Of a DNA stretch of 64,000 bases, positions 22,501-37,500 are shown one piece after another (the first letter of the stretch is position 1; each line of letters opens with the position of its first letter). The translations under genes and the position numbers were made by a program. Source of the stretch: Tubulanus polymorphus (lineage: Eukaryota; Animalia; Nemertea); NCBI RefSeq assembly GCF_964204645.1, contig NC_134029.1:9636850-9700849 (forward strand). The letters run 5' to 3'. The notes under the pieces were generated by a model, which was not told the DNA's origin, searched no databases, and saw nothing but the letters and a program-made list of their open reading frames with translations.

Positions 22501-25500
22501 AGGTCACTCAAATGGCTCAGCAGTTATCTCTGAACGAAAACTTGTAGCCGAAATCAATGGTACGCCTCATCTTGGAATAAGTCAGTCTAACTAGTGGAGT
22601 CACGCAAGGTAGTATCCTAAGTTGTCTTCTGTTTAATGTCCTGACAAATGAAATACACAGTAATCCAACATATACCAGACCGAGTAAATTTCCAAATCGA
22701 ACTTAACGCGCTGTTCGACCAAAAAACTTAATGTTCCAACCAGAAAATCTTGTTCGAATGAAAATAATTCTGTTTGATCGAACAATACGCTTTTTGCTTG
22801 AACCAAAAATTTTCTTCATTCTGACAGAAAATGTGTTTGAATAAAAAGCTATGTTATTGTTGAAATGAAAAATTTGGTTGAGCGAAAACAATTTTTATGA
22901 AAAAAATTCTGTTCGATTGAACGAAATACTTAATACTTTCGGTTCGGAGAAAAAACTTTTTTCAATATGATTGTTCGAACGAAACACTTAATGTTCTGAC
23001 AAGAAAATTCTGTTCAAATTAAAACGATTCTGTTCAATTGAATGATTGTTCGAACGAAAAACCTTTCGTTTGGACAAAAAAAAGTTTGTTCAACTTTGTT
23101 CTAACGATTTTTTCAAATTGGTTCAATTGTATAGAATATTTTTGGTTCGAACAAAAAAAATTTTGTTCCGACGAAAGAACTTTCAAGCGAAAGGTCTTTT
23201 GAACGAAAAAAAAGATATTTCTGGTGCTCCGCAGTAACTTAAAGCCAGACGTAGGTTGTTCTTGTGACACGATGCGATCCTCGCGTTGCATCGCAAGTTT
23301 CGATGCAAGTCGCTTGCAATACGATTGTGTGCGACTAGTTTCTGCCAGTCGCTAGAGGGTGTCGGTTGGTTGTGACAGTCGTGTCGCGTCGCAGAAAGTA
23401 GAACACCTACGACTCCATGTGACTGGCGTTGCTGAAAGATGAGGACGCCAGTGATATGACGACTGAGTTTCAAGTCGTCAAAACGTCACGATATGTCGAC
23501 ATATTCATGTCGAATTGATGCGATATATCGACATAAATATGGCGACTTGTCGAGTTGGAACGCAACAACTCGAGGCCCTTTATCGCATCCGTAGATCTTT
23601 CATTAAGTAGGATCACTTGAATGATCGCTTTAATATCACTTTAAAAAAAAAAGAATCTGCCAAAATGACCTTAATATTCGACACTATATCTACGGAAGCG
23701 ATAAGGGGCCTCGAGATGACGCGTTCCAACTCGACAAGTCGCCATATTATTGTCGACATACCGCGATGTATCGCGTCAAGTCGACATGAATATGTCGATA
23801 TATCGTGACGTTTTGACGACATATTTCGTTTACTCAACCATTTTCCTCGCGACAAGTCGACATATTCCTGACGACTTGAAACTCAGTCGTCATATTACTG
23901 GCGTCCTCATCTTACATTTAGACATGTCTTCAAATGACGGCTTGTCCCGTGGAAAATGAGCAAATAAGCGAAATTTGTCGTGAAAACGTCACGATATGTA
24001 GACATATTCATGTGGACTTGACACGATATATCGCGATATATCGACATAAATATGGCGACTTGTCGAGTTTGAACATGACAACTCGAGGCCCTTTATCGCT
24101 TCCGTACTATATATCAGATAAACCAAAATAATCAATTGTCGCGGGCGATAAAACCAAAATAATCAATTGTCGCTGGCGATAAAACCAAAATATTGAATTG
24201 TCGCGGGCGACAAAACCAAAAAAATGAATTGTCGCGGGCGATAAAACCAAAATAATGAATTGTCGCGGGCGACAAAACCAAAATATTCAATTGTCGCGGG
24301 CAACAAAACCAAACTAATGAATTGTCGCGGGCGATAAAGCCAAAATAATGAATTGTCGCGGGCGATAAAACCAAAATATTGAAGTGTCGCAGGCGATAAA
24401 ACCGCGACAAAAAGAGAAAAAAATTGTCGCGGGTGATAAAACCAAAATAATGAATTGTCGCGGGCGATAAAACCAAAATATTGAAGTGTCGCAGGCGATA
24501 AAACCGCGACAAAAAGAGAAAAAAATTGTCGCGGGTGATAAAACCAAAATAATGAATTGTCGCGGGCGATAAAACCAAAATATTCTATTGTCGGGGGCAA
24601 CAAAACCAAAATAATCAATTGTCGCGGGCGATAAAACCAAAATAATCAATTGTCGCTGGCGATAAAACCAAAATATTGAATTGTCGCGGGCGACAAAACC
24701 AAAAAAATGAATTGTCGCGGGCGATAAAACCAAAATAATGAATTGTCGCGGGCGATAAAGCCAAAATAATGAATTGTCGCAGGCGACAAAACCAAAATAT
24801 TCAATTGTCGCGGGCAACAAAACCAAAATAATCAATTGTCGCGGGCGATAAAACCAAAATAATCAATTGTCGCTGGCGATAAAACCAAAATATTGAATTG
24901 TCGGGGCGACAAAACCAAAAAAATGAATTGTCGCGGGCGATAAAACCAAAATAATGAATTGTCGCGGGCGACAAAACCAAAATATTCAATTGTCGGGGCG
25001 ACAAAACCAAACTAATGAATTGTCGCGGGCGATAAAACCAAAATAATGAATTGTCGCGGGCGATAAAACCAAAATATTGAAGTGTCGCAGGCGATAAAAC
25101 CGCGACAAAAAGAGAAAAAAATTGTCGCGGGCGATAAAACCAAAATAATGAATTGTCGCGGGCGATAAAACCAAAATATTGAATTGTCGTCGGCGACAAA
25201 TCCAAAAAATGAATTGTCGCGGGGTATAAAACCAAAATCTTGAATTTTCGCCATTGTCGTGTGCGACAAAACCAAAATAATGAATTGTCGCGGGCGATAA
25301 AACCAAAATAATGAATTGTCGTGGGCGATAAAACCAAAATATTGAATTGTCGTGGGCGACAAAACCAAAATATTGTTTTGTCGCGGGTGACAAAACCAAA
25401 TTAATGAATTGTCTCGGGCGATTAAACCAAAATAATGAATTGTCGCGGGCGATAAAACCAAAATAATGAATTGTCGCGGGCGATAAAACCAAAATATTGA

Positions 25501-28500
25501 ATTGTCGCGGGCGACAAATCCAAAAAATGAATTGTCGTGGCAGAAAAACCAAAATCTTGAATTGTCGCGGGCAAAAGAACCAAACTAATGAATTGTTGCA
25601 GGCGATAAAACCAAAATAATGAAATGCGCGGGGGATAAAACCGCGACAAAAAAAATTGTCGCGGGCGATAAAACCAAAATAATGAATCGTCGCGGGCGAT
25701 AAAACCAAAATAATGAATTGTCGCGGGCGATAAAACCAAAATATTGAATTGTCATGAGCGTCAAAACCAAAATATTTATTTGTCGCGGGTGACAAAACCA
25801 AATTAATGAATTGTCGCTGGCGACAAAACCAAAATTATTGTTTTGTCGCGTTATTTTAGTTTTGTCGTTTTGTCATAATGTCGCCCTCATTTGCATATAC
25901 GTGTTTTTTTTACGCATGGCCCTTATCAGCCACCATACTAAAGCCTTAAGGTCGCGTAAAACTCGATAAACACTTCAAGCGACACAGCGAACGATCTCCT
26001 TTCCCCCACAGCGAACGCTTAACCTAGTAGAGGCTACTAGCCTATGTAGGCCTATGTATATGCGTAGGCCTAACATCCGGACAGATTGGTCGTAGGCCTA
26101 TTGAATTCAACAACCCACCTAGATATCGTAAATTTTGTTTTGAAGTTCAATCCAATGAGTCCGTTAATAAACGCAACAATTGTACTGTGTTTGTTTGAGA
26201 CAGTAAAGCTCAGTACCGGTAGGCTTTAAGCCGCGTCAAACTCGATAAACACTTCAAGCGACACAGCGAACGATCCCTTTCCCCCACAGCGAACGTTTAC
26301 TCCGAATGTCAAGTGTGAGTCCAGCATACGGAAAGGATTATGTGTTATATACTTGTATTTAGTAAATACCTTGTGCATTTGACAATGATCGGTATGTACT
26401 GTAGGAAATATAGAGTATTGATGCTATTGATATAGAGGTTGTAGCCCGCGGCCGAATAAAGTAATATATTCTTTTATTTTGATACCTTGTCGACATAACA
26501 GCTTTTCTCCGCTATATCTCTTCGGCGTGTTTAGTTTAGGCCTACGATTCCTCGGTACACTAAAGATTTATCTTAGTAAATACTCGGTTAATTCGGTAAA
26601 GAAAAATAGGTATTGTTATACTAACTCCTTGAAACCCGCAGCCAAATTACTGGTAGTAATAAATTAATTTGTACTCGATTTGATTCTCATGATGAGGAGA
26701 AACTCGCAGCTGATCCCCGGAACGACGATGTAGTAACACACGTCGATTCGTCGATGTTTACGGCTCGACAGTGCTTTTAAAATCTAAAGTAGTAAATTTC
26801 CAGTGTATCGGTAATATGATTTGATGAGGAAAATGGGCTATTGTTAAAATCACTGTTTGAAGACCGCGACTGAATTTGAAGTCTGCGGCAATAAATTAGT
26901 TCATTTATACTTGAATTGATAATCGAAGTGACAGTCGGCCTGCGGGTTGATTTCGGGATGACGACTCGAAAAACATGTCGCCCCATTGAATGGGGCTAAA
27001 TTTTCGATGTTTACGGCCCGACAGCGCTTTTGTAACGATGATTCGTGAAAAAACACGCGGGCTATTTGTAGATCTCAGTGAGCTGAACGATATTATATGG
27101 ATTGTATATGAAACAGCGGTAAGGTAAAAAAGCCTATGTTCTTTTGGTAAAAATAGTGTGGAAGAAAATAATAATAATAATAATCACGCGGATATCAATA
27201 GGGTTTTCTGTGAAATAACAGAAAACCCTAATAATCAACAGAATTACAAGAGGGTTTCTGCGAAAGCAGCAGAAACCCTAATAAACAGATCGACATGATA
27301 AAGTTGGAAAGTATATTTAGCGGAAGTTTCATCAACCTTGGGTTTAATCTTTATGTATGACTGCGTATCATCAGCATGCAAATGAAAATCACACAGCTTC
27401 CAGGTGTTACGCAGATTCGATTCACACATCAAATTTATTGAACATAAGCTATTGCCTCTAGCTGTTCAGACAATAGTCCATGTGAACTATCATTTACATG
27501 GGTCGCCCACAAAAAGAAGGTGATTTGTGTATATGAATGAACTTCTTAATTCTACAAATTTCGTGTAAATTTTTTTGGAAAAATTGATCAGTGGGCTGCG
27601 CAGCTCCTTTGCCTGCTGCTATGGTTATAGGATGTATTTTTTTCTCGATTTTGCATGATAAAATTAACATAAATACCATAATCATAAATAGATCAAAATA
27701 GTGAAAAATAGATAAAGAATTAGAACGTTTATTACCGATTAGTTTTTGAATCTGACAGAGGATGGATTTTATGAAATTTTTCTGGCTGGGAAGGCGAAAG
27801 TAATATAATCACAAGGAATACAATAGGGTTCTGAGAGAAAATAACAAACCAGGCAACTATGTGACACTGTGGGTCCTTTGAAAACTTTCAAACTTTTTTC
27901 TCAGATTTGACTTATTTTTCTCTTCCCTTGAAACAATACATCAGCAATGCGGACATCTTTTAGGCTTTTGATTGGTCTGCAAAATTTCATCAGTTCGACT
28001 ATATTCTAAGATGAGTATTCACTTAAATGCCCTGGCAGCCTCCTGCGCTCTCACCTGGCGGTAGCGGCCCTTTACTCACTCGGCAGATAGAGTCGCTTGT
28101 CAATACTGCGCCGGGAAAAAAAACTTTACAATAACTCTAGGACCTTTTCCATACATTGACCACCACAACAGTGATTGTATATAGATGATGTTGTTTGTTG
28201 TTAAATTGGCCCTATGTGCAATATCAAACTGGTTATTTGCCGCTACTGTAGTTTTTTGGAATTGAATCATCAGCCAGCCTCAGTTTACTGTGACACTATT
28301 ATACGCCGGCATGCTCTCCGTGTAATGTTTGATGTGTACGTTTGTTAATGATCGGTTGATCTACCTATTATGCATTCGTAAGGAAAAATTGTTCTATTTT
28401 TGTTTTCATTAATCAGCAATAGGGCCTAATAGTATGAATTCATGCAAGAAAAACTGCAGTCAGTCGAGATGCCCCTTCCAGTTGTACATCGTTAATATGA

Positions 28501-31500
28501 ATCTTGAAGGCGAAAGTGCCGAAATTGTTGTATTAAATGGGTTTTCGTATTGTATCCAAATCTTGATTCGTATGAATATCTTAGCTGGGACATGCTGGAA
28601 AAAAACGGAATAAACAAATTTCGTCTTTAACAGAATCGCATTGATGAGGTTTAACAATACAATTAGCATAGGCTAAATTATTCGGCAGAAAAATGAAATT
28701 CATTTTCAGCATATATGAAAATCAAACTTTTAAGTTAAATTGACCTCAGGTCTTTTGTTGTCCAAACCAACATTGTCATTGAACATTTGCTTGCAGGTGT
28801 AAAACATTAACCACTTAATACCTTACCACCTTACCTCCCAATGCTTCAAGGCCCATGGGCCTCTTATTGTTGGTATATTTCTTGTTTCTCTGTGTTCGAC
28901 TAACTAAACACTGAAGTGCATACAAAATCTGTTTCTTGCTTAGAGGTTGTTATTGTGTGTGCAAGCCTTGGGTTTTTCTTAAACATTACTAACTGTTCTA
29001 AACAAATTGTTTACCATGTTTTATGTTGAAGGTGGGTGACCATTCATGGCAATCGATGAAGAAACACTTTTCAGTATATATCATGAATAACCTGTCATCA
29101 TATGCCATTTGTAGCAACTGGCGAAATCTGCTTCTGCTTAGGAGCCCATGTGAGTAGATAAATTATGAGTAGAGCTGGCTCTAACCTGGGTTTTTTGTAA
29201 CCCCTATTTTATACAAAAGCCAGGTTTCTTTAGTTTAGCGTCTACCCTACACACACAAACCTTATAATCAATTCGGTTAATAAATTATGGAACATAATGG
29301 ATTGGTCAAATATAGGATTACCTTCTGGGAGAAAACAACAAAACAGGCAACTATCTGACGCTATCGGTCCTTCAACATATTTCTAACTTTTTCTCGTGAT
29401 TGGACTTATTTTTCTCTTGCGGCCATATTTTAGACTTTTTAGCGAGATTTGATGAGAAAGTGGAGAGTCTGGACCTAGGAATTTCTTCTGATCAGGGAAA
29501 GGAATAACTGTGTCAGTACGTCTTACTAGAACAGTCCTTATACTAATGAAAATGAGCACCAATCAGAGAGTTAAGTCTCCTCTCTGATTGGGTATGCTAC
29601 CAGTGTTCACATAAACTGGCATCAATGTCTACTGATTTATTTCAGGGTTTTATTTAGAACTGAAAATCAAGTACATTGTATTCAAAATTTGATCTGAATT
29701 CATGGAATCTAGAATGATTCAGTTTGTGGGGGAGCGTAAAAGGGTAAAATAGCTTTTTAGTCCACTTGGGACTTTAGTCCCAGCGGGCTATTGCGTTCAC
29801 TTTTCGTCCGTCGTCCGTCTGTCCGTCCGTAGAGGGAATCCAGTTATTTTGGGAAGTTTTGAAGACGCTTCAAGGTAACGTCTGGATATTTGGGTTACAC
29901 ATGTATCTACCCTAGACACATCTTCAGCCGAAAAACTGCCCCTGTCAGAATCAAGATGGCCGACTGGCAGCCATTGTTGTTCGCCAAAATCAGCACTTTT
30001 TACACATTTTTGAACTTTCGAGGTCATTGGGTTTTGAATATGGTCACCAGGGGGCGTTGAATAGTAGAATGACTTAGTATTTCCATATTAAATTGGTAAC
30101 GAGGCATATTTTGTTATCACAATCAATTACAAAATCGTAGCTGCTGACAGGTTCTATGATTGTGGTGAGTTTCAAGGTCATTGGTTTTTGTAAATGGTCA
30201 CCAGGGGGCGTTGAATGTTGAAATTGTTAGATTGTTGAGCATTTGAAACCACTTCCCAAGTGGGCATGGTGTCCCTGGACCCCTAGTTCATGAAATCGAA
30301 TGACTCGGACATGTCACGGTTTGATTGCAACTTTATATCAATTTTGTTCAACAAAAAAAATCAAATCTGATTCAATTATATTGAGATTAAAACAAATCAT
30401 ATTCAGTCTAAATTGTGGCAAATTGTTGAGAATGAAGAAATAACAAATTGATCTAAAACAGTTGCTCTAATAACTGCCAGGATCTTGTTTGGATGTCTGT
30501 GATTTGGTAATAAGCCACGCATTTGATTGCAAATTTAATTAGATTTTATTCATTTGAAAACATCAAATCCAAGTGAATTTTATTCAGTATGAATTGTTGC
30601 AAATGGTTTAAGAGGATAGAAAATACTGATTGATGTGAAGTTTTTATTCCTACCAATTTAAAAAAACATGATGATTGATTTGTATGAATTGGATTAAAAC
30701 AGAGCCACTACCTACGAATTGCATCATATCATGAATAGCAAATACTAACAGGCTGGCCATTGTACTCCCTGGGGCTTCTGTTGACAGATGGGTACGAATT
30801 TCTGAAATATATCAAAATGATCTTGTTTAGATGCACTTTTTGTCCATTTATGTTTATTATGAACGATGCATCTGATCTTGTTAAAAATGTTAGGAATGAT
30901 TCTGCTAAAGCTAATGTATCTTTTTCAGCAAATGATGAAGATGAAACCTCAGAGGAAAACACAGTAGATGGCGATGATGATGCTATGAGAAATGAGTCTT
31001 ATGATAGCCAATTCGACAACCTGGTTGATCGAATCATCACCCCCAGCAAAATCAAGGTACTGATGATTCGGATGATTTTGTCACTGCGAGATTAATCTTT
31101 TACCCTTCTATTTAGAAAATCTTTGTTTCATTAAATTCTCCAGGTTTTTCACATGAAAACAGGGTGGGCAATGCAGACGGAAACCCTATTTATTGTTTTT
31201 AACTCATGGAGGTTTTCCAAGACGGCTGCCACAGTCATTTCGGTGTGTGAAATGACCATTTTGGAGCTTGTTCCCGCCCTACAGTCCAAAGTTTCAGACC
31301 AATTATCTTATTACTTGATCGGTGGTTTCAGGATGGAAGGAGGATGAGCCCTATTGTGTTTGACAATTATGCATTCTCTATATGACTAACTGGCCTAGGG
31401 GAATTCATTATGTAGGCCTATGTCTGGTTTATTGTTGATAGGTGGTATTTGGGATAAAGATTGTAATTTTTTTGTAAATTGAAAACTGCTGATACTAGGA

Positions 31501-34500
31501 AAAAGTGGTCGACAAAACACATTATGGTTAAAGGGTAAAAATTGAAGGAATCTTTTATTGTTGATTCAAAATAAGAATAATCGAAGCACTCAGGAGGCTG
31601 GTGTGACTAGAAGAACTCTGAAGGCAGGCACTAGCTCCTCACAACTGAAGGTGAAGAAACATTTGCCAAAAGTATCTCTAGAGCAACTTGTTGAAGAATT
31701 AGAAAGTGACGAAAACATTTTGGTAGGTTATTAAAGGTTAGCAAAATCCAAGTGCAGGACTGTCCGAAGCTCCATGGCTACCTTAGTTGTGGCTGCACCA
31801 CTATTTCAGCTGATTGTAAGATTCTTTGGTCAATGTTATTTTTTCACCGTGGTTTATCATTTTCTGATTTTTTGGAAAATGTATTCAATCTACGACGATT
31901 TATTGTGTCACACCACACCACGGAATCACACCACATGTTCGTACACAATAGCCTATAACACACACCTTCATACCCTGCAACAAAGTGCCATCCCTCATCT
32001 GTTCGTGGACACAATCTTGTCCGGAGATCTCCTCCTAAACTACTGGCTTTCTCTTCTTAACACATATGTTTGTCTGGATATGCAGTTGTACATGTGCGCT
32101 TTATTTTGTAATTGGATCGAAGATGACCGACTGGCGGCCATATTTGTTGGATGCTTAATACATGAAAAAGATGATGTCTGATTAATTTCTAAATGAAGCA
32201 GATGTGATAATGAAAATGTGTTGCAGATATGTAGTTGGAGCTAAGCCCCTTTGCAAAATCTCAAGGTCACGTGATATTCCATGTGTCCACCAGGGGTTAC
32301 TCAATACATGAAAAAGTGATGACTTCAGATCACTTTGTTAATGAAACATTGGTGGGAATTGGTACACGTGAGATTTCCACCCTATTGAAAATGGAGGTTA
32401 TGGGCCATCGAATAGTCAATCTCGGTTAATCCGTATTACTAGGGACTGAGCTTTTTAGTACGGATTATGTGATATACGGATAACAGATAACTCGTAATTG
32501 ATACGAATTAACTATTACCCATATAAGTAATTATTTAAGTGCACAATCCGTATAATAGCTGGTTTAGTTATCTCTCAAACCGTGGATGACTACTACAGTA
32601 GAACTACGTTCTAACAATCCATTGGGGGAATAAAAAGTTCATTGTATCCGATGGTGCATTAGATCCATTTGATATCATTTATACATGAAAAGAAAACACC
32701 CTTGGTGTGATGAAACACAAACCAACTGGTTTCAGTAGAGTAGGACTATTTGAAGCCATCCTGTCTAGTACAGATAACCCACAGGCCATGTACTTGAGGG
32801 CTATTCATCAAAGGACTTTTGTTGATTGACAGATAGTAGCATATGTACTGAATATTTAGTGAAGCTTGAGATTATTACATTGATGGATTAACTTCGGTGT
32901 TTTCTGGAGTTTCTCATATTTCCTACTGACCACATTAACCTCATTAGATTACAGATGTTTACACTTTTTTCACTTCAAGTGTATGTTCCCAACAGCTGAT
33001 ACAGCTGATATGGATTACGCATAAGGATTTACATATAAATTGGACAACAGGACCATGCATTTGTCTACGGAATAAGTGAAAATACGGATTATGGAGTATG
33101 AATTAGACACAGAATTTTATAGGGAATAACGTCGTGTTTCGTATGGTCGTATTTTGACAGAGTCCGCGTAATGACTCTGGAGACCTGTTCCTGAGAAGAA
33201 TACTGTAAAACACTCCAGTTAGGTAATAATTTATATTCAAAGTTTGGTATATTTTTGCGAAAATTGGTTTCATCCGGAAAATACCATTATTGAATTTGAC
33301 ACTGTAGTTAACTAGACGCGGCACCTTGAGAAGTCCCTCCTGTAATGATTTTATTTTTGAAAAGTAAGACCCCGAAATCTGTATAATTTTACGTGATAAT
33401 GAGGGTGCTTTTAGATGGAAAAATGAAATTTTGAAGTTTCAGCGTATATACTTTTCAATGTACATGTAATTTGCATTTTGCCAGTTAATTAGATGGCTTC
33501 ATACTGGTTGTCACTGCATTTAATTCTGACCTGTAAGCCACTTCAGAAATGAAATAACAATATACAAAACAGCAAATAAATTTTCATTTTTGATATTTAT
33601 CACTCAAAACTTTGGCCATAAGTTTTAATTCTTAGATATAATGTAGCTGGAAAGCACTGGTTAAAAGAAAAGTTTATTTTTCGAATCGCAACTCTTGAAA
33701 TTCCAAATAGTTTTGAATTCTGAATTATATTTAAGCCCAAATTGTGACGTGCATATTTTTTCCATATTAGTACATACTAGTTCTATTGGTCTACTGGTTA
33801 GCACGCTTGCCTTCTGGGGACGAGACCCAGGATGATCCCTGGTGAGTGAACGTTATTTCACTGTCACTTCTCATAATCATTACACAAAAATGACATCATT
33901 TCCGTCATAATCAGTGGAATTCTCCAATGATTGGGATTCCTTGGAAGGGTGTGGAATTTGTAAGGGTCCTTCATTACTGCTGGAGTGGACCAGAGTTCAG
34001 TTTCTTGAGAATCATCATTGGTTTGGCTCAACTGCAATTGAATGAAGCTTGTAGGCCTATAGCTTAAAAGATATATTCTTTATTTCATTTCATAAGTTGA
34101 GTAAGAACCGCAACACAGTGGGTGATCATCCATCTACAAGCACTCCAAAGAGAAGTACACGCATCTCTCGTCTGAATAGAAGAAAACCATCAGCACGAAA
34201 GTCCCCACTGGAAGTAGTTGAAGACAGGCGACAAGACATATCAGTAAGTAAACAAACTGTATATGGCTGTTGCGATTGACTTCTACTCAGGCAACCCCAA
34301 ATATAATTCATTTCAATGCGCACTCAATCTTGGATGACCTAATATGTCAAAAACAAAAGGGTCATCCTCATTCAATTATGGAACCATAGATCAAGTAATA
34401 TGAAAATTGGTCTCAAACTGTAGACTGTAGAGTAACAACAAAAAATTAATTTCAATTATAGTTAATGAAGAATTTATCTTAAAGCTTCAGTGCCACATTT

Positions 34501-37500
34501 TCTTAGATATTTTATATTGATCGAAGTCTCTCAACCCTTAGCATTAATAGATAACTATTCGTGTGCTACATTCCAGTATAGAATTATTGCCTGGTGCAAC
34601 ATCTCTTTTGCATTGCCAAATTATCGATGTACATTGGAAAAAATACATGTAGGTAACTAGAAAACGTTACAGAAAAAGTCTGAAATTCTCAACCTAAACA
34701 GACATCTACGTGTGCGCTACATTTAGGTACGAAATTGTTGCCAGGTGCAAAATATCTCTCACAGCATGAAATTTATTAATCAATATATCAAATAGTATTC
34801 ATTAAATTGATCGCATAAAATTGAAATATGTATTAAGAAATCTCAATCTAGTTCTTCAAGTGCAGTTAGCTATGATTCTTTAAATGTAGTGTTGGTACCT
34901 AATACAGGTTAGTTAAATGGATGGGGATATAATAAGTAGTGGACGTGTTGATATCAAATGGCTTATGGAAAAAATCTCTGCGTGGCTCAAACCAAAATGA
35001 ATGAAATGAACAGTTAGCAATGCGGGGGACTAGGTCTATGATAATTGCATTTCATTTTTAAATCGTTGGGCCCCGGAATGTTGATCCATTTCGGAAGTTA
35101 CTAAAGAAAGCTAAATAAACAGGGTACTTGAACTTTTGAGGGTCTTATGGAAGTCTCATAAGACAACTCTGAATCCACCACTAGTAACTTGTGATTCTGT
35201 TTCATAAGCATTTCAAATTTATGGCACGTTTTGATTTTTTATAAGGTGGATAGGAAAAATGGTAGCCCGGAGTCTCATCGTCCAACTTCAAGTAGCAGTA
35301 CTGCAAATGTAGGCGCGCAAATGCAAGGAAGAAAAGTCAAGAAAGTTCGAAAGTCTGAGAAGCAAGCTGTTCAAGTAATCGAAATTGAAAGTGAAGACAA
35401 TATTTCAGTAAGTAGAGTTACACTTCTGTGGTTAATGCATCTCTTTTTCATAATTGTCGTGCTAAAAAAAATTTAACGGGACTAAAAATAGTGACAAGTT
35501 ATGTAATGTAATGATAGACTTATCCGATGATGATTTAAAGATAAAGTGTAGCCGATTTTTCAAAAATGATTTCTCTGTGATAAATATCAGCCAGAAGTTC
35601 ACGCTGGCTTGAATTCAGCATGAAGCCCTATCATGTCATCATCAGCTACCCTGTACATGAGTGTCAAATGAACTAAGCGATGTGAAAACATCACTCGTTA
35701 CAACTAGAATTTCTCAAGAATGATTATTATGTATTTATGTAACACATTATCTATCATTAAAAACAAAAGGTATGTTAGGCTACACTTGATCTTAAAGCAA
35801 GGTTGTCGGTATATAACCATTACCGCATGTAGCAATTGTGATAAAGTCTTGTTCATGGACGTGGCATGGCAAGGGTGGATCCAGGGCCCTATCTCAAGGG
35901 ATTCCAAATTGTGTAAGGCCGCTCACTATTATGGGGAGGACACTTTCTATGTCAAATCACAGCAAAAAGGGCACTTAACATCAAACTTGTGGTTTTCAAG
36001 GGCACTAACTACGCCAAATCATGCCAAATGAGGGCACTTTTACGTCAAATCCATGGATTTAGGGGCATCTCCAAGGGGCACAGACAAAGCTTGACGGTAT
36101 TCCAGAACCCTCAGAACCCCCTCCCCCCTGGATCCGCCCCTCCATGGGTCTGCAAATAAAGGCAGTAAAGATGAATGGCAATAAACTCAGTTACTGGTAT
36201 TTGTGGAGTGTGTTTATAGGTGATGTCTTAATGATTATTTGCAGTATTCTGCGAGCATTTACACTGACACTACATATGTTCCCAGCCCTGGTGACCAAAA
36301 CATGAATTTAAGTTCGAACAACGGTGCAAAAATTGGAAGTAGTACATCGATCTGCAGAAAAAAAAATGACTCTGAATGGAAACAACTGGCAAGAAATAAA
36401 CAGATGTTAAAGCCAAACAAATTTAAAGTAACAAATGATAATGTGGAAAATAGGGTTTCTTCAACTAAAGTGGTAAGCCTCATGTTATCATTGTTAACAA
36501 GATTTACCATTAGACTATTCATGGAATTTGCAGGTTCCAATTTGAACCCTCATTTATGTCATGTGTCAGTTGAATCCATAATACCTATGTATTTAGCTAG
36601 GGGGAATGGGTGAATTCCTTCCAGATCCAATATTTCATAGGTATGGCTGATTGTATACCAACAATCGGGAATCAAAATAGATACCAGTAATCCAATAGTA
36701 TGCGTGCAAACTAGGCAACCCCAACATTTTCTATTCCAAACAATTTTACGTTTTTACTCGAATGACAAAATAAGGAGCGGGAGATAAAATGAGAGCAACC
36801 ATATGATAGATTGAAAAGCCGATTGACAATGCTTTTTAGCCCACTTGGGACGGGCTATTGCATTCACTTTTCGTCCGTCCGTTCGGACATTAGTCCGTTG
36901 GTCTGTAGACGGAAATCAGTTATTTTGGGAAGTTTTGAAAACGCTTCAAGGTAATGTCTTGATATTTGGTGTATGCATGTATCTACCCTAGACACATCTT
37001 CAGCCCCAAAACTCGCCCTGTCAGATTCAAGATGGCCGACTGGCAGCCATTGTTGTTCGCCAAAATCAGCACTTTTTACACGTTTTTGAACTTTTTGAGG
37101 GAAATTTTGAAGACGCCTTGTTCAATACCTTGATCTTTGTACATATTTGAACCTCCCCAGGGCCCATCAGCATAAGAAAAATTGGATTGATCGGACTCAA
37201 GATGGTCGTCCTAGGACCTTTTAGTGCCCAAAAATGTCAATTTCTACCCAAATTCTGAGTCCTGTAGCTTCCTACTGGTTTGCCATTTCTCATTGCAACT
37301 GCTGATGGGTATTCTTTGGAAAGGGATCTTTCATACCTGAGACAGGTATTTTTAAGCAGCCAACTATGACGCAATTGCCGGCCATCTTGGTGTCATCAGT
37401 ACTCATTCGTAGGTGGGAAAAAGTTTTTTCGACATTATATTGATACCTAAGCATATTTTGTTACTACAATGAATTAAAAAGTTGTAGCTTATAACGTGTT

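Noticed and set aside
24117-25850. CRISPR-like array of ~31-bp palindromic repeats, and the long repetitive ORFs over it
   Set aside because: Units are head-to-tail with no unique spacers, there are no cas genes and the context is eukaryotic; the ORFs are by-products of the periodicity.
33778-33845. tRNA gene
   Set aside because: B box decayed and no complete cloverleaf; treated as a SINE head.
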